Position numbers and translations under genes: made by a program. From Felis catus (Eukaryota): a stretch of 64,000 nucleotides of DNA. Of the stretch, positions 1-14,005 are shown one piece after another; the first letter of the stretch is position 1, and each line of letters opens with the position of its first letter. The notes beneath the pieces were generated by a model. That model saw nothing but the letters and a program-made list of their open reading frames with translations. It did not search any database and was not told where the DNA came from. The stretch is from assembly GCF_018350175.1 (NCBI RefSeq), contig NC_058383.1, positions 9,364,001 to 9,428,000 on the forward strand, in the 5' to 3' direction.

Positions 1-787
1 TCGTAACAAAACAACGATGTAACGATAACGTCCGTCATTAAAGAGAAGCTGCTGTAGACACGTGGGTGTTGGGCGCTGGGCTCAGCTCCGCGCCCACCTG
101 CCCTTTTGCCCTTCACTTAAGTTCATCCAGTTGCCGCCGCCACGTTCCTTCTCAGGCTCGGACAATGGGAACAGGTCCCCCCCATGTACGCTAAGACCAG
201 AGAATACAACCAAGTTCCTTTTTAGGCCTCTGATGAAGACACGGAGCCAGCCTTCCTGTGTCCCCAGCGCAGCCACGGCAGCTGGCGTTTTGGTTTTTTC
301 TGCTCCTGCCCCGGCTTTCCTCACAACTCTGCCTGGGGCAGTCCCCGTCTCTGAACACCCGGGCCTGGTGAGGGGAGGACGGGGTTCAGAGCGAGACGGA
401 AGTCAGCCAAGGCAGCTCCAGCGTAGACGATGGAGCGGTCTGCTTAGGCAGAAACCACCACGTGGGAAGAACTGGGGATGGAAAAGGGCAGCTGGGCAAG
501 TGCCACCAGCTGTCACCCCACCACAGCTGCGTTCCAAGGACTCGGAACCGGGCCGAAGCCGAGCCCTCCTCAGTTTGCACAGCTGAGGGACACATTGTTG
601 CAGGGCAGGGTTGGGGGGGGAACAGCCACTGATAAAGATTCTGTATGTTCTCGAAGCTACTGATGAGACCATCATGCGTCAGTCTAATATGTAAATAACA
701 TCTTCCGATTCATGATGCCAGACCCTCTGAAGCAGGGGGAAGAAAGCACATTTACGGAGACCTTGATAAAGAAATTCAGAGCCTGCT

Positions 788-793
788 TTTATT
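788..793 (-). terminator. MDH2: MDH2 polyadenylation signal AATAAA
   Basis: TTTATT on + at 788-793, about 160 nt after the stop, followed on the minus strand by U-rich sequence (TCTGAATTTCTTT). Confidence 0.8.
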
Positions 794-950
794 GAGGCAC
801 CCACAGACGGACCCACGATTTGGAAGGGGCAGCAACGTTAACACAACACTCGTGGGTAACGCGACTGAAACACGAAGGGGTGTGAGACGGCTTTACAGGG
901 ACATGATGCCTTCATAAGTTAGGGACGCGGACCGCTCACCAGCTGCCGTC

Positions 951-1082
951 TCATTTCATGTTCTTCACGAACTCTTCTCCTTTCTTGATGGAGGCCTTCA
1001 GCTCAGGGAGGGCTTCGGCGATCATCTTCTCTTCGAAAGGAGAGATCTTGCCGATGCCTAGGTTCTTCTCGATGCCCTTTTT
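951..1082 (-). CDS. MDH2: MDH2 exon 9, last coding part ([43 protein letters not shown])
   Basis: 132 nt ending at TGA (951-953). Exon sum 66+169+84+110+126+78+100+152+132 = 1017 nt = 338 aa plus stop. Confidence 0.98.
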   Translation of the reverse strand, partial: KKGIEKNLGIGKISPFEEKMIAEALPELKASIKKGEEFVKNMK

Positions 1083-2253
1083 CTGGAGGAGGGAGGAGGT
1101 GGTAAAAATGGACAATTCTGAAATTAACAACAACCGCTAAAAATACTGTAAATTTTACAGCCGGTTTCTGTGGACGAGGCTGTTGAACAAAACCCGCCAT
1201 GTAACTTCATGGCTCTGCCCCGAGCCCGGGCTTCAGGCAGACGATCCTCGGCTAGGATCTGGACTCGGTCACTCACACCATGTGCACTTTGGCCAAGGCG
1301 GTTTCCTCATCTAGAAAACGGGCATACTTTCCACCTCAAAGGAGGCGGTGAGAACACACGCGGGCGACTTGGCACCCAGGGTGCTCGGTCGTTAGCAGCG
1401 CCGCATGTTCTTCTTCCCAACACACAGCATACTTTTGGGTTCTGGTCTTTTCCCCAAGTTGGTAATAGCCACCTGGGTCCGATGTAATCAAGTAGGCACA
1501 CATGTGACATCAGGAAGATAACAGGTGTCTGTCACCGTGTCACCTCCACGGTTGAGCTGGTGTCTGTGAGCAGGGGAGGCTTCCAGGCCATCTCCCTGGA
1601 GAGCCCTCCCTGACTCCAGGGCCTGCCCCACCACACTGGTCACGGCATTAGTCTGTTTAGTGGGTCTCTCCACCACACGGAGTCCCCGAGGCCCGGGGCC
1701 AATGTCTCCGGGATCTTTGGACACCAGGGCATCTGTGGGAAGGGCCCCTGGGTGGCTTGGCATGTCACCACACAGCTCCTTTCTGGGGAGAAGATGAAGG
1801 CAACCACACATCTGCCTGACGTCAGCAGCCACCCACACATCAGAAACAGAGTGAGACTTAGGGGTTTCTGCTCCCTGAAGACTTGGGGAGGGTCATCAGA
1901 CCGGACAGCTGCCTCCAAAACAGCCTGACTGAAGCCAAGCACTGGGGCCAGAGGGGCTCTATCCCAGACACCACGGTTCCAAGGGGGTCTGCAACACATT
2001 CCAGGAAGAAAACTGGTAGGGGCGAGAGCAAGGGAGCAGGGACACCTGAGCTGGAAAATATCACAGCTCTGCCAGCTCTTCAGGCCTCCCCGGAAGAGGG
2101 ACGGGGCTCGGCGCGCCCCGAGGTCAGAGCAAGAACGAACAAGCATGAGCCATGGGGCGATGTCACACAGGATGGGGAAGGGAAGCCTTTTCCTCCAGAA
2201 GTGCCCACGGCCGCCTGGAGACAGAACACGTGTCTCATCGAGAAACACAGCGA

Positions 2254-2478
2254 GGGGCGCCTGGGTGGCTCAGTCGGTTGAGCGTCCGACTTCAGCTCAG
2301 GTCATGATCTCACAGCTTGTGGGTTCGAGCCCCGCACTGGGCTCTGTGCTGACAGCTCAGAGCCTGGAGCCTGCTTCGGATTCTGTGTCTCATTCTCGCC
2401 CCGCCCCTCCCCAGCTCGTGCTCTGTCTCTCTCCTTCTCAAAAAGAAACATTAAAAAAAAAATTAAAACAAAAAAGAA
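2254..2478 (+). mobile_element. Can-SINE (feline type) in MDH2 intron 8
   Basis: GGGGCGCCTGGGTGGCTCAGTCGG head, CT-rich body, A tail. TSD AGAAACACAG(C/T)GAG. Confidence 0.9.
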
Positions 2479-2763
2479 AGAAACACAGTGAGACAGCTGC
2501 GCTGACCAGCCGGCAGAGCCACAGGGAAGGGATTCACATGCCAGCGGGTTCCTACCCAGCCCCCCTCAGCCTGAGGTTTCTCCCTGCTCTTAATTCTATG
2601 ATGTGCGTCCACCCTCCAAACCCCAGCACAGGCCAGGCACCGGGATGCAGTTACCGCACAACGGGAAACCGAATTACGGAGCAAACAGCCAGGGCTCCCG
2701 ACCTTAAGCATAGACAATGAGCCTCCTTCCACGAGCCCAAGACACAGCCTCCAGGATACGTAC

Positions 2764-2915
2764 CCCCAGCAGTAAAGGTGTGGAGAAATAGGGACAGTCT
2801 GTTTCTTGGGATTTAACGAAGGAACATTCGACAACTCCTTCCTTTCCGTTGATGGCATCCACGAGGGAGAAGACAAACCGGGCTCCGGCGTATGCCATGG
2901 ACAGGGTGGCAGAGC
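2764..2915 (-). CDS. MDH2: MDH2 exon 8 ([50 protein letters not shown])
   Basis: 152 nt, TAG acceptor, GTACGT donor. Confidence 0.98.
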
Positions 2916-3237
2916 CTAGGAGGGCACGGGCAGGTTAGCCAAGCCAGCACCGGGACCGTAAAGCCCAGGAGAGGCCGCCCTGTCAGGTAAGTAACATCTT
3001 CCACATCTTCCCCTTTAGCGGTGAAGAATTCAGTCAGCGTCTGTTCATTTTACAAACTCATGAATGGCACACAACTGGCTTCGCCAAGCTCAGACACCCT
3101 TCCATGCCACACAGCCGAGCTGCCCTCTGCTGCGGGACGGGCTCACCCAGTGAACACACCTGAAGCTAAGAGGAGGGTTCGCTGCCTGCCCGGGCCCTTC
3201 CGGTCTTCAGCCGTGAGCTGGAGGGCCTCTGGCATCA

Positions 3238-3507
<270 letters not shown>

Positions 3508-3644
3508 TCACCTTTTTGGGAGGTGTAGTGCGGTCCCTACTCATTTTTTTTTTAAGTGGGTTCCACACCCAACCTGGGGCTTGAACTCACGACCCCGAGA
3601 TTTAGAGTCATAGGCTCCAGCGACTGAGCCAGCCAGGCGCTCCC

Positions 3645-4170
3645 GGTTCCTACTCATTTTTAAACAACTTTTAGTATTTTGGACTAATTTTAGATTTAGC
3701 GAAGAGTCGTAAAAACAGCACAAAGATTTCCCTCACCCAGTCTACCCTCACGTTAGCATCCCACGTAACCATGGGGCAATCAATTCTAAGGAACAGAAAA
3801 TCATCATCGATATGTTGACTACGGGCCCCACCCAGAGGTCACCCACTTCCCCACTGCTGTCCCTTTCCTGTCCCTTTTCTGATCCAGGACCCCAGCGGAC
3901 GGTTATCCCAGCTCAGTCTACTCCTTAGTGGTCCCGTCTTCCGGGACACTTGTCAAGAGTACCAACTGCTCGTTTTGTAGAATGTCTCCCAATTTAGATT
4001 TACGGGAGGTTTCCCTCATGCTTTTCTTACACCGTTATGCACTTTTGGTGAGGACACCACAAATATTTTGAGTCCTTCCGTGTGCGTTAAACTCGGGGAT
4101 CAGGACCCTGGTTTCGTTTTCCTCATTCGCGGTGGCGTTCACCTGGTCTCTACTCGTTTTTAAACACAAC
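3645..4170 (-). mobile_element. Old L1 (L1M-type) 3' fragment, preceded by a short tRNA-head SINE at about 3545-3642
   Basis: TTTTAGATTTA...CCTCACCCAG...GATCCAGGA pattern typical of old L1 3' UTRs. Confidence 0.5.
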
Positions 4171-4406
4171 AGCTTTGCCTGCTCTGACCTACCCGGGAAT
4201 TCAGCGGTCCCCGCGGCAGTCTCGCCGTGTTGGGAGCAGGCCGCCACGAGCATCTTCTGACCGCGCTCGCTCCCGCAGGTGTGGACCCCGAGTTGCCGGA
4301 GCCCAACCGCAGCCCCACAGGCCACTCGAGAGCCCCCCAGACAATGGGCGGGCCGTAACCACAGCAGGAATCCTCTCGAAATACAAAGATGCTGAGTTCT
4401 TTGTCA

Positions 4407-4631
<225 letters not shown>

Positions 4632-5916
4632 CTAAAGCACCGATCCTGGAAAATCCCACGGAACTCAGAACAAAGAAACCACAAAAGACTGAGTCCAGCT
4701 GTATTTAGAGTCCCTCCCCTGGCCCCACCACATGGTGGAGCAGCAGTGTGAACGGGGCAGCGCGGAGTGACGCGTCGTCTAGGGAGGTTACTACAAGGGT
4801 CTTCCTTTACAGTGAGCAGAAAACGGCCTCCATGTAGGGTCCCCCCCGGTGGTCCCCGTCGGTCTGGTATCTTCTCAGAACCTGAGGATGACCGTCGTCT
4901 TCCCCAGAGCTAATGTCATTCTCCTAGCACAAGCCCCGACTCATGTCCCTACACTGTGTCAGAGACAACAGGTCAAATTCCCTTGCCTTCATTCTAGAGC
5001 AAAATTCAAAAACAATTCTAGGAAACCGGGGGTGAGAACTCTGTCAGCTCAATCTGTGATCAGGACAGAATAAAACTGAGTTGTAAGGGGTCAAAACCCC
5101 ATGGTTCTTTGTGGGGGCCTGCCAGAAGAGGCCGATTCGTTTGTTAAACCGGAGGCACGACGCCCCCACAAATCTGTGGACCAGGTATTTCTTAAGACGG
5201 TCAAAAAAAGGAATCTGGTGGGAGTTATGGGAGGGAAGTGAGCAGTCCCCAAATGATGCCACTTTTCTCAAATGCCGTGGCTGCTAAAGAGAGCAGCCCT
5301 CAGTTAGGAACCAGCCTTGCCCGGGAAGGGGGACACAGCCGGATCAAGTTCACGGAGCAGGGGGCTCCCGTGGAAGTCCCTCTGTGCCAAGGCAGTGTGC
5401 TGGTCACCAGGGACACAGGCGTGGACAGACAGAGCCCCCGTTTTTGAGACACTCACTGTCGATTACAAGACAGACACAAATGACGTCCCACTGTCATGTG
5501 TTAAGACAGCCGCATGGGGTGGCCTCGGAAGGGTAGCACTTCCTTAGCCTGGGAGAGCCTTCTTGGGAGAGACTTAACTTCATCTGGGAAGCAGCAGCAG
5601 GACTTTGCCAAAGGAAGCGTTTTCTAGGCTAAATGAGCAGAGGCCTAGGGTACAAGAAATACCTACAACATCAGCAGAAATGCAAAGAGAAGGTGGCAAA
5701 GGGGGCAAGAGATGGCAGAGGGACTGAGGAGGGTCCAGACGCTGGAGGTTTAAGGGCCAACTTTCATTCCTGATACAATTCAGGATTTTCTCAGAACGCC
5801 AGAGACCTGAGGTAAAGGGCAATTCACTGAACTGAAGCCTGACAAGCATTAGAGTCTCTGCCAGGGGCCAAGACCCCCCCCTTTCTTCACCTCAAACAGA
5901 ACTTCTCTGGCTACGA

Positions 5917-6045
5917 TAGCACCGTCCAGAACTTTCTGCGAGAACACAGAAGCCACATCTGAAATGTGGCCAGTGCAACGAGGACACGGATTTCTAGTTT
6001 TATGTAATTCTAAGTAACCAAACCAGCCCCATGTAGCCGGTGTGT
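5917..6045 (+). mobile_element. MER3-like hAT-Charlie fragment
   Basis: GTCCAGAACTTTCTGCG...GAAATGTGGCCAGTGCAAC resembles the MER3 consensus. Confidence 0.6.
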
Positions 6046-7156
6046 TGCCGCAGGACTGGGGCCTGGGGGAGATGGTGTGCTTCGGCCAAGAGCTGGTAGC
6101 ACCACGAGTGCCCAAAGGGAATGAGCACTGTGGCTTCCATGAAACCGGGCTGGGAGCCTCAGGAAGCCCGAACCCCACCCTCTCGGCCCGTTCTCGGTCA
6201 GACTCAGCTGAGCACAAGCTCGCCCAGAAAGCTGGTCCTGACTCAGACAACCGCCCTACATGCCCGCGCCGAACCGGTTACTCGATAACATTGTCTCTTG
6301 AATCCCAAGGGCTCCCCTATCTTCTGGATCTCTGGGACACCCGCGCCTAGCACAGAAGCTGGGGACACGCTGCAGCACGAGCTAAAGCAGGGTGTCACCC
6401 CTCAGAGGCGAACCTGCCAGGCGCACAGGGAGCAGGGGGTACAACGAAGGTCAACGGTGTCGTGTGTGCCCTCCTTGCTTGGCCGTGCGCATGACCCCTG
6501 TTCCTACTTTAGAGTCCCCCTCATCTGCAAAGTCAGAAAAAAAACGGCCTGAAGCTCAGGAGGGGCACTTCTTTAGGTCAGAGGAAGTGGTTCTGCTGGA
6601 TCCACACCCCAAGACTCGGAAGCGAGCAACGAGAGGCACTGAGGACGCCAGAGCTGGCGCCCGTGTCGAACCCACCCCAGGACGGGCCTGGCAGCTCAGT
6701 CGGCAGCCCAAGGAGCCTCAGGCAACTGGCCAGATGCGAACTCGCTGAGGCAACCCAAGACGGGAGCCAGAACTATCGATCAGGAATGAGTCCTGACACC
6801 TCAGGCCTTCTGGAACCTTCCTTAGTTCTTCGTGTTTGCCAACTTTCCCATTTGTCTAACAATCAGCAGGTAAATCCTGTTAGTTCTAATTTTCAGAGGC
6901 AATGAACTTGGAGAGTACAACCCAGCTGAGCCAGCGAGAAACCCAGGAAAAGCCTGGACCCATAAGGCACCAGGGAGGACAGACAGAGTCGAGTCAAGAC
7001 TGAAGCTGACCACGGTTCAAACCTGCATGGGCCTGTGTGGATTGCCCAAGAAAGCGTGAGGGCAATTCTCCCCAACAGGGGCAAGCCCCAAGAACACTGA
7101 TGATTCTGGAGTCACAAGTGACGTGTAAGTGCCTGGTCTCCTATGCCCATAGGTCA

Positions 7157-7333
<177 letters not shown>

Positions 7334-7714
7334 CTAGTAGATCGAGAGTGGTGTAACTTGCCCTGCATTCTGAGAGAAGAGGCATGCGACCGAAGGACAA
7401 GTCTCTTCCCCAGACCATTAATAAGTCCTAAGGTGCCAGACCGCTCCGCTGTTTACAGGCAAGCCACCCTCAAGACAGAACAGGTCACCGTGGGCCAACT
7501 TCCTCTTTTCCCCCTGACGTGAACAAAGAGCCCTTCGTCTTGGCAGGTGCTGTTTACCCCTAGTGGCTTCTGGGCCCACAGCTCCAATGAGCACGTGCCT
7601 TGCCAGCTATCGACCTAAATCGTGAGGACGGCTCCACCGGACACCGTCCTCCCCAGCTGGGGCTGACACCGGAACGGCCATTCCTAAAACAGGACGGCAT
7701 CGCACACGGCCAGA

Positions 7715-7910
7715 GACCGAGGGCTTGGGGTCAAGTCCCAGCTCTGCTGCTCTGCGAGGCAACCCTGGGCAAGCTTCCTCAACTCCTAGGACTTGGTTCC
7801 TCACCGTAACACAGAGGAGACAACTACCCCACGAGGCTGTGAGGATTATAGGACTTAACATATAGCAAGTGCGGACACGTTGCCGGGTGCATAGAAAAAA
7901 TGTAATAAAA
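7715..7910 (+). mobile_element. MIR
   Basis: GTCCCAGCTCTGC...CCCTGGGCAAG...GGCTGTGAGGATT MIR core. Confidence 0.65.
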
Positions 7911-8418
7911 ACGAAAGAAAACGGCAGGACTTCTATCAGGCACCAGGTTAGCTTCCCGGCAGCAGCTGCTTTCCATGGCTGACTGGATGCCCCGAGGAGG
8001 GCGAGCCAGGTGGAGATCCGCTTCTCAGAGGCACCGGGCACAGCCTCTCGTGGGGCACAATCTCGTGGATTGGCAGGCACGTCCCCAGTCAACACCACTG
8101 TGGCTGCACTTCTACCCAGAACCCGATCCTCAGAGACCAGATTCGCCCAGGAGGGAGGCACGGAGAGGGCTGTGGTTAAATGCAACCCGGGCTGCTGGGG
8201 ACGCTTGGGGGCCACGCCGTCTTCTCAGGGAGGAGACAGCACACGTGCTTTCAGGTTTGGAGGATAAGCTCCCTACAAAAACCCGCGAGCAGGGCCTGGG
8301 GTGGCTGTGCAAGCGTGACAGGGAACCAGGAAGGGCAAACCCCGAGTAGAATACAGTAAAAGAAGTCAACAGGCCACAACCATCAGGGTTGAATGGAGCC
8401 TAAAGAATGGACTTTTCC

Positions 8419-8610
8419 AGGGCGCCTGGGTGGCTCGGTCGGTTGAGCATCCAACTCTTGATTTCAGCTCAGGTCATGATCTCAGGGTCGTGGGATCGAG
8501 CCCCGCGTCTGTGTGGACAGCGGAGCCTGTCTGGGATTCTCTCTCTCTGTCCCTCTCCCTCTTGCACACGTGCACGTGCTCTCTCAAAATAAATAAATAA
8601 ACATTAAAAC
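8419..8610 (+). mobile_element. Can-SINE
   Basis: SINE head and AAATAAATAAA tail. Confidence 0.85.
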
Positions 8611-8837
8611 AACGACAGACTTTTCAGGTGGAGAAACTAAGACACAGAGAGGGGAAGTGATTTGCCCAAAGGCACACAAATGGTGGAAAACCCAGGCTGA
8701 AATTCCCATTTACTTCATCCAGTCTGTCCCCTGCGGCACCTTAACCGGATATTTGTCCCTGTAAGCGCATCTGCACACTTTTGCTAATTACGAGCTTTCG
8801 GCACAGTATTCACGGCCTACCTGCCACAGGCACTTAC

Positions 8838-8947
8838 CGGGTTTGAAATGATGCAGATCATGGCCTCGGGGCAATGCTGGGCGCAGGCAGCGGTCAGGGT
8901 GGCCACGATGGAGGCATTGGTGTTGAACAGATCATCCCGTGTCATGC
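8838..8947 (-). CDS. MDH2: MDH2 exon 4 ([36 protein letters not shown])
   Basis: 110 nt, CAG acceptor, GTAAGT donor. Contains the substrate-binding Arg of MTRDD. Confidence 0.97.
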
Positions 8948-9457
8948 CTGAGAACGATCCAATTCAACATGCTCACAGAGCACGGAAGGAATTGCCAAAG
9001 GTGTAGCAAGTGCTCTGTTACGGTTGTTAGATACCCTGGGTGAGACAGGGTCCCCCTTCCAAGGAAATCTATCTTGTAGGAGAAACAACCTAGTGTGACA
9101 CGTGCCCAAACAGAGGCTGGTGGAGGGGGTGGAGTGTGGGGAGGAGCCAGGGAGGGAGGGATCTGAGGAGGATCATCCAGGATCAGTGAGAATTCCCGAG
9201 GTGTGAAGGGGTGAAGGAAAGGGCACTCCACGCGGACAGCGGGCACAGAAGCACCAGACTGAGCAGGGGACAGACACAGCAGATGCGTGTAAGGCTTTAG
9301 CCAGGCCAAGGAGGAGATTTCCCTCTATCCCGCAGGTACTGGGGAGCCTTTGGAATTTTTCTCTGCCATGGAAACAATGACTTGATCCAGTTTAAAGGAA
9401 AACCACTTCCTCACCTGACCCGCAGGGAGACACTAGGCAGGGCTTTCAAACACACAC

Positions 9458-9541
9458 CTGGTTTTCTCGGGACTCCTGCGGGAATAACCACCACATCACA
9501 ACCTTTCAGGCAGTCTGGCAGCTGCTCAGGTCCGAGGTAGC
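9458..9541 (-). CDS. MDH2: MDH2 exon 3 ([28 protein letters not shown])
   Basis: 84 nt, TAG acceptor, GT donor, phase 1-1. Missed by the ORF track but translated directly. Confidence 0.97.
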
Positions 9542-10530
9542 CTAGAAAATACCATCCCCCCAGGAAAGAGCAAGTTCACCGCTTCTGATCTGGGCAGGCG
9601 AGCACATCTTTGGGGACAGAGCTGGGGAAGATGGCCAGCCCCAACTGGGTCCGACGCAGACTGAAGGCTTCAGGTGCAAGGCCCACCTGTGAAGTGCTTC
9701 CTGGCCACTAATGCCCATGAGTTTGACAATCCCGGCACTCTCTCACGCTACTTTCCTCCAGCCGCCAACTGCCCAGCCCCCGACCCATTCAGAATGGACC
9801 AACCCTAGAGGTTTTACCCAAACCAAACCAAGTCCGCTGTTTGCCTTCACCTGACCCGCTAGCTCCTGAAAGGCCTTCTCGGCCCCCAGGTCAAAGAGCT
9901 GCTCATCTCCCTCCCCAATCATCCTGATGAAAGCTCCATCTCGGGGTCAGATCAGAAGGCACACTGAGCGCCATGAAAGAAAGTCACAGAGCTGACAACG
10001 CAGGACTCTAAGCGTTTGGATCTAGTTTGCTTGCTCGTAGGGAAAAAGGTCCATTTTCAAAGATTTCAAGGGAAATTTGCTCCAATGACCAAAATCTGCT
10101 TTGATTTGAACTTTTTCCTTATTGCAGGAGCTTCCAGAAGACCTGAAAGAGGACGAGCAAACCAACTGAGGCTATGGAAGGCACAAAAACGTAAGTTCTG
10201 ACAGTTGACCTCCTGAGCTGTTTGCACCAGCGGAGGATGCGTGTAAACACCACCACACAGGGCACTTCCATACACCGTCAGCAGAGACGGATCACTGCCA
10301 CCACGATGCACCGCCATTTGGTGTATAATACGGTATAATCTTTGACATAGTCACACCTCCTGATTCCACTTTTGGAATCCTAAGAAACAAGATGTGAAGA
10401 TGAAGATGTTCGTCACAGCTTGTGTTTGTGTCTCCAGTGGAGAAACACAGGAAATAGCCCAAAGGCCAACAGGACGGGCATAATAAATCAGTGACCAACT
10501 ACAGAATTGCCTTAAAAATGATTTAACCAA

Positions 10531-11030
10531 GGGGCGCCTGGGTGGCTCAGTCGATTGAGGATCCGACTCTTGATTTCGGCTCAGGTCATGACCTCAGGGT
10601 TGTGGGATTGAGCCCCATGTTGGGTTCTGCGCTGAGTGTGGAGGCTGCTTGGGAGTCCCTCTCTGCCCGTCCCCGCCTCGTGCCATGTGTACGCGCGCGC
10701 GCGTGTGTGTGTGTGTGTGTACATATTCTCGCTCTCTCTCTCAAGAATAAACTTAAAAAAAAAAAATGGTTTAACTAATTTGGTAACACGGATAAATACT
10801 CCTACAAAGTAAAAGTAAGGGGCGCCTGGGTGGCTCAGTCAGTTGAACTTCTGACTTCGGCTCAGGCCATGATCTCATGGTTTTCTGAGTTCAAGCCCCA
10901 TATCGGGCTCTCTGCTGTCAGCACAGAGCCTGCTTTAGATCCTCTGTCCCGCTCTCTCTGCCCCTGCCCCGCTCGCATGTTCTCTCTCTCTCAAAAGTAA
11001 ACTTTAACAACAACAACAACAACAAAAAAA
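10531..11030 (+). mobile_element. Two tandem Can-SINEs (10531-10765, 10819-11030)
   Basis: Two GGGGCGCCTGGGTGGCTCAG heads with A-rich tails. The first carries an internal (CG)n(TG)n tract. Confidence 0.88.
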
Positions 11031-11335
11031 TGTTAAAATAACCAGGATATATAAGTCCCCCCAAATTCCCCTTCCTGATCCTATTGTCTTTTCAAATTAG
11101 AAAAAATTAAAAATGGGAAGATTAGACCACCTTTGTTTTCTTCTGAAAGATATTGCTATATAATTTTTACAGGCTCAAGTCCAGAAAGACATTAATTACT
11201 TGTGAAATTCAGTTCTACGATGAACATGGAAACCCTGGCTCTGATGTAGTTTCGTCGAAGAATTCTATTCTACGGCTTGGATCCCGGTCTACCGGGGAGA
11301 AGACAAGCAGAGTCCAGGGTCAGCGTGCCCAGTAC

Positions 11336-11504
11336 CTTTCACAGCTGCTCTGGTCTCGATGTGGCTCAGATCTGCAGCCACTCCGGGTGTGTGAGCAATG
11401 TCGTAGAGGGTCAGGCGGCTCACCAAGGGGCTGTTCTTGAGGAGAAGCGAGAGCGGCTGTCCAATTCCTCCAGAAGCCCCTAACACGGCTACTTTAGCAT
11501 TGTT
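11336..11504 (-). CDS. MDH2: MDH2 exon 2 ([23 protein letters not shown]...[11 protein letters not shown]-binding glycine-rich motif)
   Basis: 169 nt, AG/GT flanked. Contains the GASGGIG Rossmann motif. Confidence 0.98.
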
Positions 11505-11999
11505 CTGTAAAGGGGCACAGAGAAAGGACTCTTAATATAGAATCGGCATTAAAAGTATTCACGTGACAGCCTGTAAAATACCACACTGGGCCTCCTTTAT
11601 GGCCATGGTGCCAAAGAAGACACAATTGTATTTCGACCAGTCCAAAGGTCCAGTTTTCTTTTGAAACACAGAAGCTTATCTCAGGAAAATGAGGAACTCA
11701 GGTCTACAGATGTTGTCACGGTCCGGGTCATACTGCACACACCCTCCGCACGGGGAACAAGCCTCACTCAGGCTGCCTTCCCTGCAGCCTGTAGTTTTAA
11801 AAACTATACACACATGCATGCAAGCACCTACCAGCAGGCTGTCACGGTACTTGGGGATGCGGACTTCCTACCTGCCACACGCTAGAATGACTTGCAAACT
11901 ACAACAAGGCCTGCGAGCTGAAAGACGTGCAAATGGGGTAAGGGGCATCTAGTGTGACAAGCGCCACACAGGTAGATGCCGGAAAAGGCAGCGGTACAA

Positions 12000-12700
12000 A
12001 GAGAACGAGCTGTTTGGGGGGGATTTTGAAGGATGAGTAGGAGTTTACCAGATGGATGCCAGGGGGAGGAGTATGGAATATGGCCTACTGAAGGGAAACA
12101 GTCCTCTATGGCTCAAGCATTGCTGGACACACGTGGAGGAAGGAAGAAGGTAGGGCCAAAGCTAAGGGCCTAGCAGAGTGCATCTAGTTCTTTTGGGCAA
12201 AGGAGGACCACTGAAAGGCCTTAAAAGCTGGGAAAAGCATGTCCAGAACTGTGTTTTACAAAGTTATGAGGCAGAATGGAAGACAGACTGTAGATCTTCA
12301 AGAATGGAGGCAGGGAGACTACTGCAATAGTCCAAGCATGATTCAAGGGTGGGATAAAGGCAAGCATGAAGGATGGGTGAGCTACAAGTGATTCAGTTAC
12401 TCCCTCCCCTCTCCCTCTATCCAGATGGTGAGCAGAGGGACAAATCTGGGATGACAGCTTCCTGGCTTAAGTAGACCACGTTGCCTTTAAGCTTGGTCTG
12501 GAGGTCCTATCCATCTGCACTGGGATTAATGGTAGCCACGGACAAGGCACAAAAGAGAACACAGAGTGACAGGAGCACTAGAGACAGAGCCCTATGAATA
12601 CCAGCATAAAGGAGGAAGAGGAGTCTGTGAAGGATGATGACCAGGTGAGACTTAAATTAAGGCCACCCTCACCCCAGCCATCCTGAATGACTAATTCAAT
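12000..12700 (-). mobile_element. Degraded L2 fragment
   Basis: TTTTGAAGGATGAGTAGGAGTTTACCAG and GGAGGCAGGGAGAC...GCAATAGTCCAAG motifs typical of antisense L2. Confidence 0.55.
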
Positions 12701-12786
12701 GACTGCCTCCTGGTAACCTTTCCTATGAAAGGAATTGATGAAGTGGGATACAAGCCAAACACAGGCAATTTGATTCTTCAATTTGG

Positions 12787-12900
12787 GAAGGAAGGAAGGA
12801 AGGAAGGAAGGAAGGAAGGAAGGAAGGAAGGAAGGAAGGAAGGAAGGAAGGAAGGAAGGAAAGGATGGAAAGAAAGAAAGAAAAAGAAAAGAATAGAAGA
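12787..12900 (+). repeat. (GGAA)n microsatellite with GA-rich tail
   Basis: About 18 perfect GGAA units. Confidence 0.95.
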
Positions 12901-13779
12901 AAAACTAAGTCTTAGAAGAACAGATCTATTCTAAGCAGTGCTCTGAAGCTCACTCTTATTATACACAAGGCGCCCTTCCCCATAAGGCTCACTCAAGGCC
13001 TAACCAAAATTCCTCGGTGAGCTGGTTTCTGCTGTAACCCAACAAATGAGAAGGGGGATTATTCCTGGCAGGCAGGCAGGCAGCTGCCAGGGAAGGAGAC
13101 AAACTGAGAAAACAGAGACAAAAATCCAAAGCACTGCATGTGGCCATCTAGGGTCCTTATACTATCGACATAGATCTCTACGGCAACGGATGCTGGTAAT
13201 TATGGACTTTGGTTATCAAAACCTGAAACTAAACCCCAAACCAAGCCCAACCAACCGCCCATCATGTGCCATCTGCTTAAGAAAGGTAAACCCTAAGAGC
13301 ATACACAACTAAAATTCAAACTCAGTTTTGTTTTGTTTTTTAAATTGGTACTGTAAAGGGGGACCCCTGACTTCCCAGAAGACTTCACTAGCCACATCAA
13401 CCAGAACCCAAGGCCTGGCAATGTCATCCACTTCCAGACCTTCAGTTATCACTCTCACGTCTGGTCTCTAATCCTTGGAACTCTCAAATTCCAACTCCCA
13501 CATTCCCAGCTCTGTCAGACATTCCAACTGTCTAAATAAGTTTATGCTATCTCTCCTACCCTGTTCCCAAATAGTACCTGTGTTCTCCCAAATCCAAACC
13601 CTTAGAAGCATTTCCTGCCTCTTCCCTTATCCTGCCTTCCCTTCCCCCAGTTAAGACAGGAAGGACTTGGCATCTCAAACATCTTCCCAACCTGTCCCTG
13701 ACTTCTGTTCCTGTTCCATTGTCTATCTTAGGGCCCTCACCACCACCTTCAACCATTCTTCAGAAAATTAAACTTTTGT

Positions 13780-14005
13780 GGGGCGCCTGGGTGGCTTAGT
13801 CCGTAAAGCATCCGACTTCGGCTCAGGTCATGATCTCACGGCTTGTGGGTTCGAGCCCTGCATGGGGCTCTGTGCTGACAGCTGGGAGCCTGGAGCCTGC
13901 TTCAGATTGTCTCCTTCTCTCTCTCTGCCCCTCCCCCGCTCACACTCTGTCTCTGTCTCTCTCTCTCAAAATAAACATAATAAAAAATTTTATTAAAAAA
14001 AAGAA
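13780..14005 (+). mobile_element. Can-SINE
   Basis: Head and tail present. TSD AGAAAATTAAACTTTTG. Confidence 0.9.

Noticed and set aside
62..586. 174-aa plus-strand ORF and other long ORFs in 1-8.4 kb (e.g. 1640-2248, 7607-8215)
   Set aside because: No recognisable domain, mostly GTG/TTG starts, and long ORFs are expected by chance in GC-rich intronic or flanking DNA.
940..953. Possible stop-codon readthrough as in MDH1
   Set aside because: The context is TGA GAC, not the TGA CTAG readthrough motif.
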